From IMG/VR virus record IMGVR_UViG_3300003322_000453: a stretch of DNA of 64,000 nucleotides; one strand, written 5' to 3'. This DNA comes from an uncultured virus (IMG/VR IMGVR_UViG_3300003322_000453). Its lineage: Duplodnaviria; Heunggongvirae; Uroviricota; Caudoviricetes. Below are positions 27,562-37,299 of this stretch, piece by piece. The translations under genes and the position numbers were made by a program. The notes beneath the pieces are model-generated. The model made no database searches. It saw only the letters and a program-made list of their open reading frames with translations, and had not been told where the DNA came from. Each line of letters opens with the position of its first letter. The first letter of the stretch is position 1.

Positions 27562-27798
27562 ATGTATAACGATAAGGCTGTCAGTAGTGAACAACCCCTC
27601 AAACAACAGTTTGACTATCTTTTACAATTCTTCATCTATTCTCATTTACCAGAGTTTCTTCAAAAGGTGTCCAAACCTTTTGCAGATATGGCACAGACCT
27701 TAGTTACAACTTTACCCTCTAACCCTGAACGCACTATGGCTCTTAGGAAGCTTTTAGAAGCCAAGGACTGTGCGATTAGAGCTTTGCTTTTTAAATGA
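27562..27798 (+). CDS. Acb2/Tad1-like helical hairpin protein
   Basis: QFFIYSHLP..LQKVSKPF...LPSNPERTMALRKLLEAKDCAIRA. Confidence 0.55.
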   Translation: MYNDKAVSSEQPLKQQFDYLLQFFIYSHLPEFLQKVSKPFADMAQTLVTTLPSNPERTMALRKLLEAKDCAIRALLFK

Positions 27799-28229
27799 TT
27801 CTATATCAACCAGAAGGAGAATTAAAGAAGATGTCTAGCATTCCAAACCCTGCTCTCTACTTCCGCCAACCTGTCCGTGCTTTTATCGCCGGTAGGATGC
27901 AAACTGTTTTCCTAACAGACTTTGACCCTAATGATGAAACCTTCCACGGCTTTGCTGCTAGGAGCTTTGACGCACAGGGACAACAACTACCTATCCTAAC
28001 TCCTGTTCATGGTCTACGCCCTTACCCTTATAACGAACGTCCAGACTACAGTTTCCAATTCGTTATCTGTGGAGAAGATGAGTCTGTTTTATTGGATATT
28101 GCCAATAGGAACTCTAGGCTTCCACAGGATTTCAATAGCCCTGAACAAGTAGCGGATAGAAGATCACAGGTTTTAGGAGATTATCCTACTACTACTACCA
28201 AGAAAGATAAAACCAAACCTAAACATTAA
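27795..28229 (+). CDS. Hypothetical protein
   Basis: Operon ORF (start may be the internal MSS after AGGAG). Confidence 0.55.
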   Translation: MILYQPEGELKKMSSIPNPALYFRQPVRAFIAGRMQTVFLTDFDPNDETFHGFAARSFDAQGQQLPILTPVHGLRPYPYNERPDYSFQFVICGEDESVLLDIANRNSRLPQDFNSPEQVADRRSQVLGDYPTTTTKKDKTKPKH

Positions 28230-28383
28230 GGTTTAGCATAGATTTTAAAACGAGAAAGGATTAGCTATAGTCTCTTACGCATTGGACAACGAAAGACGGT
28301 TGGAATCTGTAGAAGCAAGTACAGAGACTATAGCTTTTCCCCTTTTCCATAACCTCATTATAAACAATAAAGGATATTAGAAA

Positions 28384-29154
28384 ATGTCAATTAGTAAAGA
28401 AGAACTTAGACAACAACTTTTAGCACAACTTGCAGCCCTTGATACTCAGGTTGGTGATGTAGAACTTCCCACCAGTAGAGAACTCCCTATTAGCAGCCCT
28501 GCTTTAGAACAAGAATATAACTCTAACATAAACGTAGGTGATAATGTTTGTTTTATCTACAGCCGGTTGGAAGTTGTTCCAGCCACTATAATTAAAACCC
28601 ACGCTTATGATAACACCTATGACATTGTAGCCTATATTCCCTCTAGTGTTGTTAAGTTAAAATGGAAGAATCAAAAACAGGGTTTAGACAGAGTTGAAAC
28701 AATAGACCTTGTGGAGAGACATTTTCCAAAAGTCCGTTTGTCCGATCCTAGAATGACTTTTCGTAAGCAGATGATTCCACTTGCTGATGCTCAGACCGTA
28801 GATGGTAGAACGCAAACTCATTACGATATTTTCTCTCCGGTGTTAGAACCTAACACTACAAGACCTCGCTTACAACAAGTCCCACGTTTCCACGAATTCC
28901 ACACCAATATTGTCTCTACAATCTTCGATCCTTCTATCTATAACTTCAACGTTGTATGTTTTAGAGGAAAACGGGAGATTGATAAGAATGTTTTTAGTAA
29001 CCAGGTTCAGGAGACATATCCTAAGAAGAAAATGGTGTATGAAATCTTCACTAAAGCTTTTGATAGGTTTTATAAGGAATACTATCTAGGTAGAGGGAAG
29101 GCGAATTCTAAGTGGGATTCGGTGCAAATCGTACCAACCCTTAGAGAATTATAA
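28384..29154 (+). CDS. Hypothetical protein with an SH3-like domain related to 26766..27452
   Basis: VGDNVCF..R..VVPATII..DNTYDIVA. Confidence 0.6.
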   Translation: MSISKEELRQQLLAQLAALDTQVGDVELPTSRELPISSPALEQEYNSNINVGDNVCFIYSRLEVVPATIIKTHAYDNTYDIVAYIPSSVVKLKWKNQKQGLDRVETIDLVERHFPKVRLSDPRMTFRKQMIPLADAQTVDGRTQTHYDIFSPVLEPNTTRPRLQQVPRFHEFHTNIVSTIFDPSIYNFNVVCFRGKREIDKNVFSNQVQETYPKKKMVYEIFTKAFDRFYKEYYLGRGKANSKWDSVQIVPTLREL

Positions 29155-29180
29155 CTTACAGTATAGAAGGATCAAATAGG

Positions 29181-29456
29181 ATGACTCTTGATCTAACCAA
29201 ACTTAGCTGGTCACAACTCTTAACAGCTTTATCTGTTCTAGCTGGTATCTCTACTACCATCTTAGACTATGTAAATCTTCTTCCTTCAAAATATGCACAA
29301 CCTATCACGGCGGTTTGTCTTCTAATAGCTTCTCTAAACGAACGTCTACATGGCGGGATTACTAAGCTGAAGTATGACTTGGCTAAGGGAGAAGTTACTA
29401 AGAAGGAAGTTGTGGAGGAATATCAGAAGGAATTTGAGAAAGAAGAAGGGAGCTAA
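29181..29456 (+). CDS. Holin-like membrane protein
   Basis: Two hydrophobic helices, highly charged C-terminus. Confidence 0.5.
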   Translation: MTLDLTKLSWSQLLTALSVLAGISTTILDYVNLLPSKYAQPITAVCLLIASLNERLHGGITKLKYDLAKGEVTKKEVVEEYQKEFEKEEGS

Positions 29457-29457
29457 T

Positions 29458-29637
29458 ATGGATGAACAAGCAGAACAATGTATTATAGATGCACTATTAA
29501 TAACAAACCAACCTAGAACTTCTACTTTATTCTACAGCACTCCCAATGGAAAGCAAGGAGAGTTCTATAAGCTATGGAATAATAAATCTAACAAGTATAG
29601 AGTGGTGCATATTGAAACCTCTTCTCTCAATTGCTAA
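29458..29637 (+). CDS. 59-aa fragment resembling a terminase ATPase segment
   Basis: MDE...YSTPNGKQGEFYKLW...HI; RBS GAAGGGAG. Confidence 0.5.
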   Translation: MDEQAEQCIIDALLITNQPRTSTLFYSTPNGKQGEFYKLWNNKSNKYRVVHIETSSLNC

Positions 29638-29843
29638 ATCCCTTATCAGAATCTCCTGCAACCTAGCCCGTATCCGCGAGATTCTAGAACTTATCTTTAA
29701 AGATAAACTCTCTTACTATGAAATGCAAAAACAATACTCTAAACTCAATCGTAGAGAGAAAGATTCTGACAGGGAGTTTATAGCCTACGGGCCGGTTTAT
29801 AACGAATACGATGAGCTAGAACAAGAAGAAGAGGAAAACGAAA

Positions 29844-30524
29844 ATGGGCAAACGGTTTAAACCCTCTACTAACCCCTACATTCCCAAACCCTCTGCAAAA
29901 CAATTCGTCCTCCCTAAGCTCATCCTCCCTCAAACCCTTGATGAATATTTCTCTGACTTAACCCTAGATGTCCACGCTTGTCTTAACTTTCTAGAACGCT
30001 TCTCAGACCGTGACCCACTTTTGAAGAATCTTCTAGAAATCTATAACTCTAAGTCTGATAAACTCTCCTGTTCTTTAGATTCCCTAGTCCAAGAATCTCA
30101 AATGGAAGTTGGAGATTTTCGCCGTCTTATCCTAGCCACTTTAGACTATCTCTGCACAGACATAGCAGAACTCAAAGTCTCCCTAACGAAACCTATGATG
30201 GTAGAGAAATCCCTCTCTATCGCCTTAGACGAAACCTTAGAAGAATCTCAAACAGAGCGCCAGTGGTGGCTGGAAAAGATGGGATTTAAACCAATAGCTA
30301 AGGGACAACAACTTGTTAACGTAAACGTAGCACCTGTTCAAAACACTGTTGTACAACAAGGCGTAGTGAATGGTTTACCCTCGTTTAGTAAAACCCTTAG
30401 TGAGAGCGAGAGTCTAGGAAAACAAGCCCTGAAGGAGATTAAACAAGCCAATAGTCATAAGCAATTAGAGCCTATGAGTTCTAGTTATATAAATCTTAAA
30501 GAGAAAGAAAAAGAAAATGTCTAA
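29844..30524 (+). CDS. Putative terminase small subunit
   Basis: Position two genes upstream of TerL; helical core, VNVNV beta-rich C-terminal segment. Confidence 0.4.
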   Translation: MGKRFKPSTNPYIPKPSAKQFVLPKLILPQTLDEYFSDLTLDVHACLNFLERFSDRDPLLKNLLEIYNSKSDKLSCSLDSLVQESQMEVGDFRRLILATLDYLCTDIAELKVSLTKPMMVEKSLSIALDETLEESQTERQWWLEKMGFKPIAKGQQLVNVNVAPVQNTVVQQGVVNGLPSFSKTLSESESLGKQALKEIKQANSHKQLEPMSSSYINLKEKEKENV

Positions 30525-30840
30525 CAACCCTTCTAACAACAATCATAACACCGAACAACCCACAACAGTAACCGGCATTTGTCAATTCCAAAACTGCAAC
30601 ACCCCTCTCTCCCTTCCATTTCCCCCGGTTGTTCAAGCTCACCATCCAACCGCTGATGCTCTTATAGTCCCTCACACTAAAGGCATCTCCTGTCCACGTT
30701 GTAACACCTATTACAGCCTGGCTGTTGTAAACTACCAACTTGCTATCGCCTTAGTTCCTGATGCTAAACCTATTCTTAATGAAGATAATCTAATAGAACC
30801 TGCTTCTAATCTTATAGGATTTCCACGCAGTAAAACCTAG
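30517..30840 (+). CDS. Zn-ribbon hypothetical protein
   Basis: CxxxxC...CPRC. Confidence 0.55.
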   Translation: MSNNPSNNNHNTEQPTTVTGICQFQNCNTPLSLPFPPVVQAHHPTADALIVPHTKGISCPRCNTYYSLAVVNYQLAIALVPDAKPILNEDNLIEPASNLIGFPRSKT

Positions 30841-30856
30841 TCTAAGGACATAAAAA

Positions 30857-33115
30857 GTGTTCTCCCCCACGATCATAAAAACAAAACTAGACGCTATTCA
30901 AAATTCCATCAACAAGCGGGAGAAATCTAAACAATTCTCCCTCCATCGTTTCACCGTTGCTGAGTCCCGCTTTATGGTGGAACAACTCAACGAGCGCACA
31001 ATATATGATGATAAAAACCGCCCTATAGGAATAAAAGACCTAACCCAAGTTGACGTTAATTTCATAGAAAACGAACGTCTTATTTCCTCCAACGACTTCC
31101 TATACTGCGCTACTCATTATTTCCATATCAAATCCAAGCTAACCCAGGATACAGAGTCAGTTATTCTATACAGTCCTAACATCGCTCAAAACATAATAAT
31201 AGATCAGTGGGCAGCAGATGAAGCACAGTTTCACGCCATAATGTATCTATTCTTAAAAGCTCGTCAGCTAGGAATTTCAACCCTAGTAGAGTTAGTAATA
31301 GCTTTTATAGTAATGTTTCGTTCTCATACCAACGCCTTAGTTGCCTCTAGTGATCCAGATAAAACTAAAAAGATGGCTAGTATGATGGAACTAGCTTGGT
31401 CACTTCTCCCTTGGTGGCTTAAACCCTCCTACACTATAACCCGTTCTAAGGAAGTCTGGGCTATTTTTAACTTCGAGGAAGGCAAGTCTAGTGTAACCTG
31501 TCAACATGGCACAGCGATGAGTGGTATTGCTAGAGGCGATACCCCTGATGTTTTTCACTTATCGGAGTTACCAGATTTTAGAAATCCCTTAGAAGACGTA
31601 GATGCAGCCCTACTAAACGCAATCCATGAATCCCCTTCTACCTTTGGTGCCTTAGAATCAACCGCTAAAGGTAAAACCGGCAAAGGCGCATGGTGGTATA
31701 ACAAATGGAAATTCGCTAAGAAATGGTTTCCACGTAATAAAACCCGCCTTAGACCTGTTTTCCTCCCTTGGTTTGTAGGAACCGACGTATGGCCTACGGC
31801 TACATGGTGTCATCAGTTCCTACCTTCTAACCTAGAATTCTATAAGTTTAAAGAAGTCACTCTAGCTCATGCTAAGAAATGTAAGGAATATGTAGCATCC
31901 TCTCCTCTCCTACGCAAATACCTAGGCGTTGGTTGGCAACTCCCATTACATCAAATGTACTTCTGGGAGTTCACCAGACAGGAGTTCGAGGAAAGTGGTC
32001 AGTTACACAAGTTCCTAGAAGAAATGCCTGCTAGTGATGAAGAAGCCTTCCAGCGTACAGGTTATGGTATTATATCAACAGAGCAAGCGGAGTGGCTTCG
32101 TAACCACACCAAACCTTTAGCAACTTGGCAAGGTGGCCCTGCGGTTTTTGGAATCATAGGCGATGGTATCTCACCAGAAGATGAACCTTTAGTGAGTGAA
32201 ATAGACACCACTAGACCTTATATAACTATCAAAGCAGATTGGGATTACAGTAGTGAACCTAAAACCTACCGCTTAGTACCGCTTATTCACGACTTAGAAA
32301 GTTGGAATAATCGTCTATTTATATGGGAATTTCCTAACAACGTAGATACCTACGCCTTGGGGGTAGATGGCGCAGAAGGCTTAGAAGGTTTAGGAGACAA
32401 TAGCTCTATTGAAGTTATTTCCAAAATGTCTCCCTTATCCCCCGCAGAACAAGTAGCCGAGTTTACCAGTTGTTCTCTATCAACCATCGAGTTATTGCCT
32501 ATAGTCCTTGCTATTGGTACTCTCTACTCTAAAGTAACTGAAGACGAAACCAATCAATGTCGTGCAGTAATAGAACTAGCTGCTGGTGGACACGCCTTAC
32601 AACACCAATTAAGGTTGACCGGGTGGATCAACTTCCACCGCTGGCATGGAGCTTATCAGAACATAAAACGTAAAACCCCTTCTATCATAGGCTGGGAGAC
32701 AAACGCTTGGACTAGACCTATGATTATGACCCTTCCTATTAAAGCAATCAAGGACGGTTCACTACGCATCAACAGTCCTTTCTTAATAGAAGAACTTGTA
32801 AACCTGCAAAAAGATATAGACGATAATGCTAAGATAGAAGCTAAAGGGGATGAACACGATGATAGAGCTTTAAGCCTATTGTTCACATTTTTCTCTTTAC
32901 ATGACTGGGAACTTCTGTTAATGATGAAAGGTGACACACGTATAAGACAGATGTTCCAGTCCTATGGAGGCGCGTTGCCAATTGAGGGTCAGCAAGAAGG
33001 TTTGGTTATTAGCTTAAACGAAGCCATCGTTAAGGCAGAGGATTCTAGGAAGAAGGATGTTACTAAGAGTGGGAAGTATGTAGGGAACTTTATGCTTCCT
33101 ACACTTAATGATTAA
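30857..33115 (+). CDS. terL: Terminase large subunit
   Basis: LKARQLGIST Walker A, FHLSE Walker B, ESTAKG coupling motif, GVDGAEG..GDNS and HDDRALS nuclease motifs. Confidence 0.92.
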   Translation: MFSPTIIKTKLDAIQNSINKREKSKQFSLHRFTVAESRFMVEQLNERTIYDDKNRPIGIKDLTQVDVNFIENERLISSNDFLYCATHYFHIKSKLTQDTESVILYSPNIAQNIIIDQWAADEAQFHAIMYLFLKARQLGISTLVELVIAFIVMFRSHTNALVASSDPDKTKKMASMMELAWSLLPWWLKPSYTITRSKEVWAIFNFEEGKSSVTCQHGTAMSGIARGDTPDVFHLSELPDFRNPLEDVDAALLNAIHESPSTFGALESTAKGKTGKGAWWYNKWKFAKKWFPRNKTRLRPVFLPWFVGTDVWPTATWCHQFLPSNLEFYKFKEVTLAHAKKCKEYVASSPLLRKYLGVGWQLPLHQMYFWEFTRQEFEESGQLHKFLEEMPASDEEAFQRTGYGIISTEQAEWLRNHTKPLATWQGGPAVFGIIGDGISPEDEPLVSEIDTTRPYITIKADWDYSSEPKTYRLVPLIHDLESWNNRLFIWEFPNNVDTYALGVDGAEGLEGLGDNSSIEVISKMSPLSPAEQVAEFTSCSLSTIELLPIVLAIGTLYSKVTEDETNQCRAVIELAAGGHALQHQLRLTGWINFHRWHGAYQNIKRKTPSIIGWETNAWTRPMIMTLPIKAIKDGSLRINSPFLIEELVNLQKDIDDNAKIEAKGDEHDDRALSLLFTFFSLHDWELLLMMKGDTRIRQMFQSYGGALPIEGQQEGLVISLNEAIVKAEDSRKKDVTKSGKYVGNFMLPTLND

Positions 33116-33134
33116 CTATTAAAAGGAAAAGAAA

Positions 33135-33842
33135 ATGCCAATACGTTTCTATGAATGCTCCAATGGTCACATCACCGAACAAGTAGAAGTCACTAAAACT
33201 CCCGGTAAGACTATTTATACCCTACCAGAAATCCTGGCATCTAGACAGCAAAAACAACCTCGCACTTATACATGTTCAACCTGTTCTGAACTTGCCAATG
33301 AAGTCTTACTCTCCCATAGCGAAACCAGAATGGCCCGTAACTTCTCCCCAACCCTTCTCTACAAACATCCAGACGGTCGCGTAGTTATGCCGGGTCGCAA
33401 CGATCCTCGTCACCTTCCTAAGAAATACAAAGACAAACTTGCTAAACAAGGCTATGTTGAAACAACCATCAGTAACTTCCGCGAGTATCAAACCTTCGTT
33501 AAGGAACAACGCTCTCTATTAGAGAGTCAACAATCCGCTTATATAAGAGAACAACAAGCGGAATATGATAAAGCCGTTAGAGAACAAATAGCAGCATTCA
33601 AACGCGGTGATTCTCTAGAAATCCCAATCACAGATGAACGTGGTAGAGTTGTTGGTTCTAGAACCATAAAACAAAGACTTGACGACCTTAGCCCTAAAAT
33701 GCGAGAATTAGCGGAGCTTGGCATAGAAAGGGCGTTAAATCATAGAATCCAAGGGGGTTCTATAAACCCTCATATACATAGTATGGAGTTTGACAACACA
33801 TCCTATCGTGATGAAGATACTTCATGGAAGAAAAGAAGATAA
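33135..33842 (+). CDS. FmdB-like Zn-ribbon protein
   Basis: MPIRFYECSNGH...CSTCS. Confidence 0.55.
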   Translation: MPIRFYECSNGHITEQVEVTKTPGKTIYTLPEILASRQQKQPRTYTCSTCSELANEVLLSHSETRMARNFSPTLLYKHPDGRVVMPGRNDPRHLPKKYKDKLAKQGYVETTISNFREYQTFVKEQRSLLESQQSAYIREQQAEYDKAVREQIAAFKRGDSLEIPITDERGRVVGSRTIKQRLDDLSPKMRELAELGIERALNHRIQGGSINPHIHSMEFDNTSYRDEDTSWKKRR

Positions 33843-34036
33843 CAACAGAAGCTAATATAGAACATTCCAGATTTAAAGCCAATCACAATAAGTTCTCTAA
33901 ACATGGTGGTTCTATCTTCTCAGTTCTAGAAGATAATGGAGAACCAATTAAAGAAGCTACATTTACAACTAAGGATAGTAGAGAGTACATAGTTAAGAAC
34001 GGAACTATTAGGAGAGTTAGGAGAACAACTAAATGA
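33824..34036 (+). CDS. Hypothetical protein
   Basis: Overlapping operon ORF. Confidence 0.5.
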   Translation: MEEKKITTEANIEHSRFKANHNKFSKHGGSIFSVLEDNGEPIKEATFTTKDSREYIVKNGTIRRVRRTTK

Positions 34037-36342
34037 GCTATCTAGAATCTCCCTCAACTGATTTCAACCTCCCACCCTCTCAATTTTCCCAGTATGATTG
34101 TCCATCTATATTCAAAAAGCTAGGCGATACCTACGTCTATAAACCAACCAAAGAACTCCATGCTGAACTAGGCTTGTTCATCCGCAACTGCATAGACGAA
34201 GGTTCTAACTTTATCAAGAACTCCCGCGCTTATAGTTCCATCTATAACGCTATTGACATCATTTGTAGAGCAACAGAACCCTACACTCAAAATCTAACTC
34301 CCGCTAGTTTACCGAACACCACCAAACAACCTAACATCTCTAATGTATGGGCTAATAACACCAAGCGCCAAATAGCTGAAGTCTGCGCCACCCTTTCTAA
34401 TATCCGCCCTAGCTGGGTCTATGAACCTAACTCCCGTAGTGATGAAGACTCTTTACAACGTGCACGTGTACAAAACGGCCTTAGCGATGACTGGTACTCC
34501 AACAGCGATGTTGACATCACCCTAAGAAAGCTGTTAGAGTTAGGAACCGTAGAAGGTACAGGCTATATATCCCCAATATGGAATCCAGAATTAAACAACG
34601 ATGAAGGAGGTATTGAGTTAAAACTCTACCGCTATAACGAAGTCTTACCAGTTCAAATAGGCCGCGAATACGACTTACAACGTGCCTATGCTGTGGTGTT
34701 AATAGACGAAATGCCTATTAACCGCGCTAGGAAGATATTTTATCAAAAGCGTGATGAACTTGTTCCTGATCGTGGAGAAACCCGCCTTGCCAGAGGTTCT
34801 ATCTACAGCGCAGCAACCAATAAGATCAAAGGCTTTTGGGATGCTATAACAGCCGGAAACCGCGAACAACGTAAAACTTTTCCTTGCCCAGTTGTAGATG
34901 TTCTCTACACCTATGTTGATGATTTCTCTATCAATCCTACTAATGAAGAAATCCTAATGGGAGACTTTGACTCCAAGCGTAACCCTCTAACCTCATGGTC
35001 TTATAAAGTCCCTTATATCAATCAACCTATATTTGATGGTTACAAAGCCGATGGCTCTATTAAAACAAGAAATGCAACTGCTAGGGATTGCCGCCTTTAT
35101 CCTAATCGCCGTCTTATAATAGCAACTAAAACATGCATCCTCTATGATGGCCCTTCTTATTGGATGCATCGTAAGGTGCCTGTTATTAAATACAGTCCTG
35201 ATGAGTGGATTTTTTCTTATCTAGGCTTTAGTATGGCTGCCGAAGTCTATAGTTTAGATGTTTCTGCTAACAAGATGTCCAGAGATGTAGAGGATGCTTT
35301 ACACCTAAAACTAGACCCACCTATGGCTGCGGACAAAATGCAGATGTCCAAATCCCAAGCAGAAACCAATTCCTTACGAACCCCCGGTAAGAGGATATTA
35401 GGAAATCTTAGTATGGGGGATTTCATGAAACCCTTAGTTCCCCCCGAAAACTATGAACTAAACCAATCTCATTTTGAATTCATAGAGAAAACCGTTGATA
35501 AGTTAAAAGAACTATTAGGCATCCAAGACCTACGTGCGCTTATGCAAGCTCGGCAAGTACCATCTAGTGATACCATCTCTCAATTCTTCAGCCAAGCCGG
35601 TGCTCTTGTAACCAAGATGTCTCGCTCCCTCGATCCTGTTATGAAATTCATAGCCGATTGCAATCTTGGTTATTTCTATCAATTCTATGACATCACCCGT
35701 AGAATTAAAATCTTAGGTAAAGATGGCTACACAAAGATAGACTTTGACTACGAACCCGGAACCTTAATTCCTAAAACCCTCCCTTATGAACCTATGGTAG
35801 ACCCACTTACCCACAAGATCGTTCAACAAGGTGGTATTTATCTTTCTAGCCAAACTGAACGCGCGAAGTATGAACTCTCTAACTACCGAACCTCAATAGA
35901 AGCCACATCTCTACACCAAATAACCCACATGCAACGTAAGCTTTTATTGATGCAATCCACTAAACTATTCCCCGGCTATCCCTTAGTAGACCCAGAAACT
36001 ATAGCCAAGCAACTAGACATCCCCAATTGGGGCCACTTAGAAGGCGATACTGTTCAACAAAAGCTCTACAGTTGGATGCAGGCTATGAAGGATTTCCAGA
36101 TCGAAACTCAGATAGATATGGGGAAAGCTCAACTCTTGTTGCAAATGATGGCAGCTATGAATTCTCCTATGGGACAAATGCTAGGTGCTGTAGGTAGTCT
36201 AGCAGGCCAAGCTTCAAACGGTTCTCCTCCACCTACTAACGGCGCAACCCCTAAAAGCGAAGGTAGACCGCCTGATTTCAATGGTCCTCCCACTCTAGTC
36301 AACAAAGCCGGGGATAGAACAACCATAACAGGACACCAATAA
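34033..36342 (+). CDS. Portal protein
   Basis: 769 aa after TerL; GTGY..P.W, YPNRRLI...DGPSYW.H..P, Q/M-rich C-terminus. Confidence 0.8.
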   Translation: MSYLESPSTDFNLPPSQFSQYDCPSIFKKLGDTYVYKPTKELHAELGLFIRNCIDEGSNFIKNSRAYSSIYNAIDIICRATEPYTQNLTPASLPNTTKQPNISNVWANNTKRQIAEVCATLSNIRPSWVYEPNSRSDEDSLQRARVQNGLSDDWYSNSDVDITLRKLLELGTVEGTGYISPIWNPELNNDEGGIELKLYRYNEVLPVQIGREYDLQRAYAVVLIDEMPINRARKIFYQKRDELVPDRGETRLARGSIYSAATNKIKGFWDAITAGNREQRKTFPCPVVDVLYTYVDDFSINPTNEEILMGDFDSKRNPLTSWSYKVPYINQPIFDGYKADGSIKTRNATARDCRLYPNRRLIIATKTCILYDGPSYWMHRKVPVIKYSPDEWIFSYLGFSMAAEVYSLDVSANKMSRDVEDALHLKLDPPMAADKMQMSKSQAETNSLRTPGKRILGNLSMGDFMKPLVPPENYELNQSHFEFIEKTVDKLKELLGIQDLRALMQARQVPSSDTISQFFSQAGALVTKMSRSLDPVMKFIADCNLGYFYQFYDITRRIKILGKDGYTKIDFDYEPGTLIPKTLPYEPMVDPLTHKIVQQGGIYLSSQTERAKYELSNYRTSIEATSLHQITHMQRKLLLMQSTKLFPGYPLVDPETIAKQLDIPNWGHLEGDTVQQKLYSWMQAMKDFQIETQIDMGKAQLLLQMMAAMNSPMGQMLGAVGSLAGQASNGSPPPTNGATPKSEGRPPDFNGPPTLVNKAGDRTTITGHQ

Positions 36343-36344
36343 TT

Positions 36345-36611
36345 ATGGTGACCTTAATGGTAAACAATCTAGTAGAAAAAATGAATCAGTCTACAGAGCA
36401 TATAGGCAGAGAGAAGCTTAATTCTACATCTTATCAATTAGATAATATAAGCAAAGATAATCTTCTTATATCCTTAGAAAATCTTATTATTCAGTCTCAA
36501 CGCCACAAGTCTGCTTTACATGTTAGTCTTTACTTGCTAAACGGCGGTATAGCAGGTCTAGAATACACCGAGACAAAAAAGATCAAGAAAACCCTTGACC
36601 CTCCACCCTAA
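36345..36611 (+). CDS. Hypothetical protein
   Basis: ORF after portal; NGGIAG motif. Confidence 0.5.
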   Translation: MVTLMVNNLVEKMNQSTEHIGREKLNSTSYQLDNISKDNLLISLENLIIQSQRHKSALHVSLYLLNGGIAGLEYTETKKIKKTLDPPP

Positions 36612-36624
36612 TCTCATATATAAC
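36595..36624 (+). promoter_or_regulatory. Candidate capsid-operon promoter
   Basis: TTGACC-18-TATAAC followed by a structured leader. Confidence 0.4.
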
Positions 36625-36799
36625 CCAATCTGAGAACTTTGGAAACCTTCGCTGGACTCCCCTAGAGTGGGAGTTAAAAACCAGAAAAAGGGCCACTCAT
36701 CTAAGCCTAACTCTTTATGAGAACTAGACTTATGATGATCTGGCCCTTTTTCTTTTGTCCTTTCCTCAGTACAGAAGTCTTTGTATAGAAGGAGAAGAG

Positions 36800-36958
36800 A
36801 TGGAAAAGAAGAAAACCATTGTAGACGGCCCAATGCAAACTCCTTATCCAGACATTCCTAAGAACTCTAAACCCACCATGACTAAGAATTCTTTGCCAGT
36901 TGGTGCTGGTAAGAAAATGACTATGAGAAAACGCGGTATGGGTTCTAAGCGCAAATAA
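36800..36958 (+). CDS. Small basic protein
   Basis: AGGAG RBS, K/R-rich. Confidence 0.55.
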   Translation: MEKKKTIVDGPMQTPYPDIPKNSKPTMTKNSLPVGAGKKMTMRKRGMGSKRK

Positions 36959-36970
36959 AGGACAACAAAT

Positions 36971-37246
36971 ATGACCCCTAATCCAACACAACCATCTAGC
37001 ATGTTCTCTAACACACAACCTGCTAGTATGAATGGTGAACCAGATCAAATGGGTATGACTCCTGCCCGTCAGCTTATAGCAGATGTTTCTAAGCTCACTC
37101 AAGTAATGGCCGAGGTTGGTAACGCCCATCCAGAACTAGGAGATGCACTATCACAAATGGGTAATCTCCTAAGCAATGCAGTAAACCAATCAATCTCCCA
37201 AATGCAAACCCCACCTAGCGGTGGTATGGGAGTTCCGCAATATTAG
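36971..37246 (+). CDS. Hypothetical protein (head module)
   Basis: Q/M/P-rich ORF before the scaffold. Confidence 0.6.
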   Translation: MTPNPTQPSSMFSNTQPASMNGEPDQMGMTPARQLIADVSKLTQVMAEVGNAHPELGDALSQMGNLLSNAVNQSISQMQTPPSGGMGVPQY

Positions 37247-37299
37247 TTTTCATAACTAAACCAGACCTTAGTGGTATTGTATAAAGAAAGGAAGGCAAG

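Noticed and set aside
28255..28345. Possible tRNA or self-splicing intron in intergenic hairpins
   Set aside because: No T-loop/cloverleaf or group I/II core recognisable; treated as generic hairpins
29546..29860. ORF overlapping the terminase-like fragment
   Set aside because: Probably coding in part, but the start is ambiguous and no function is recognisable
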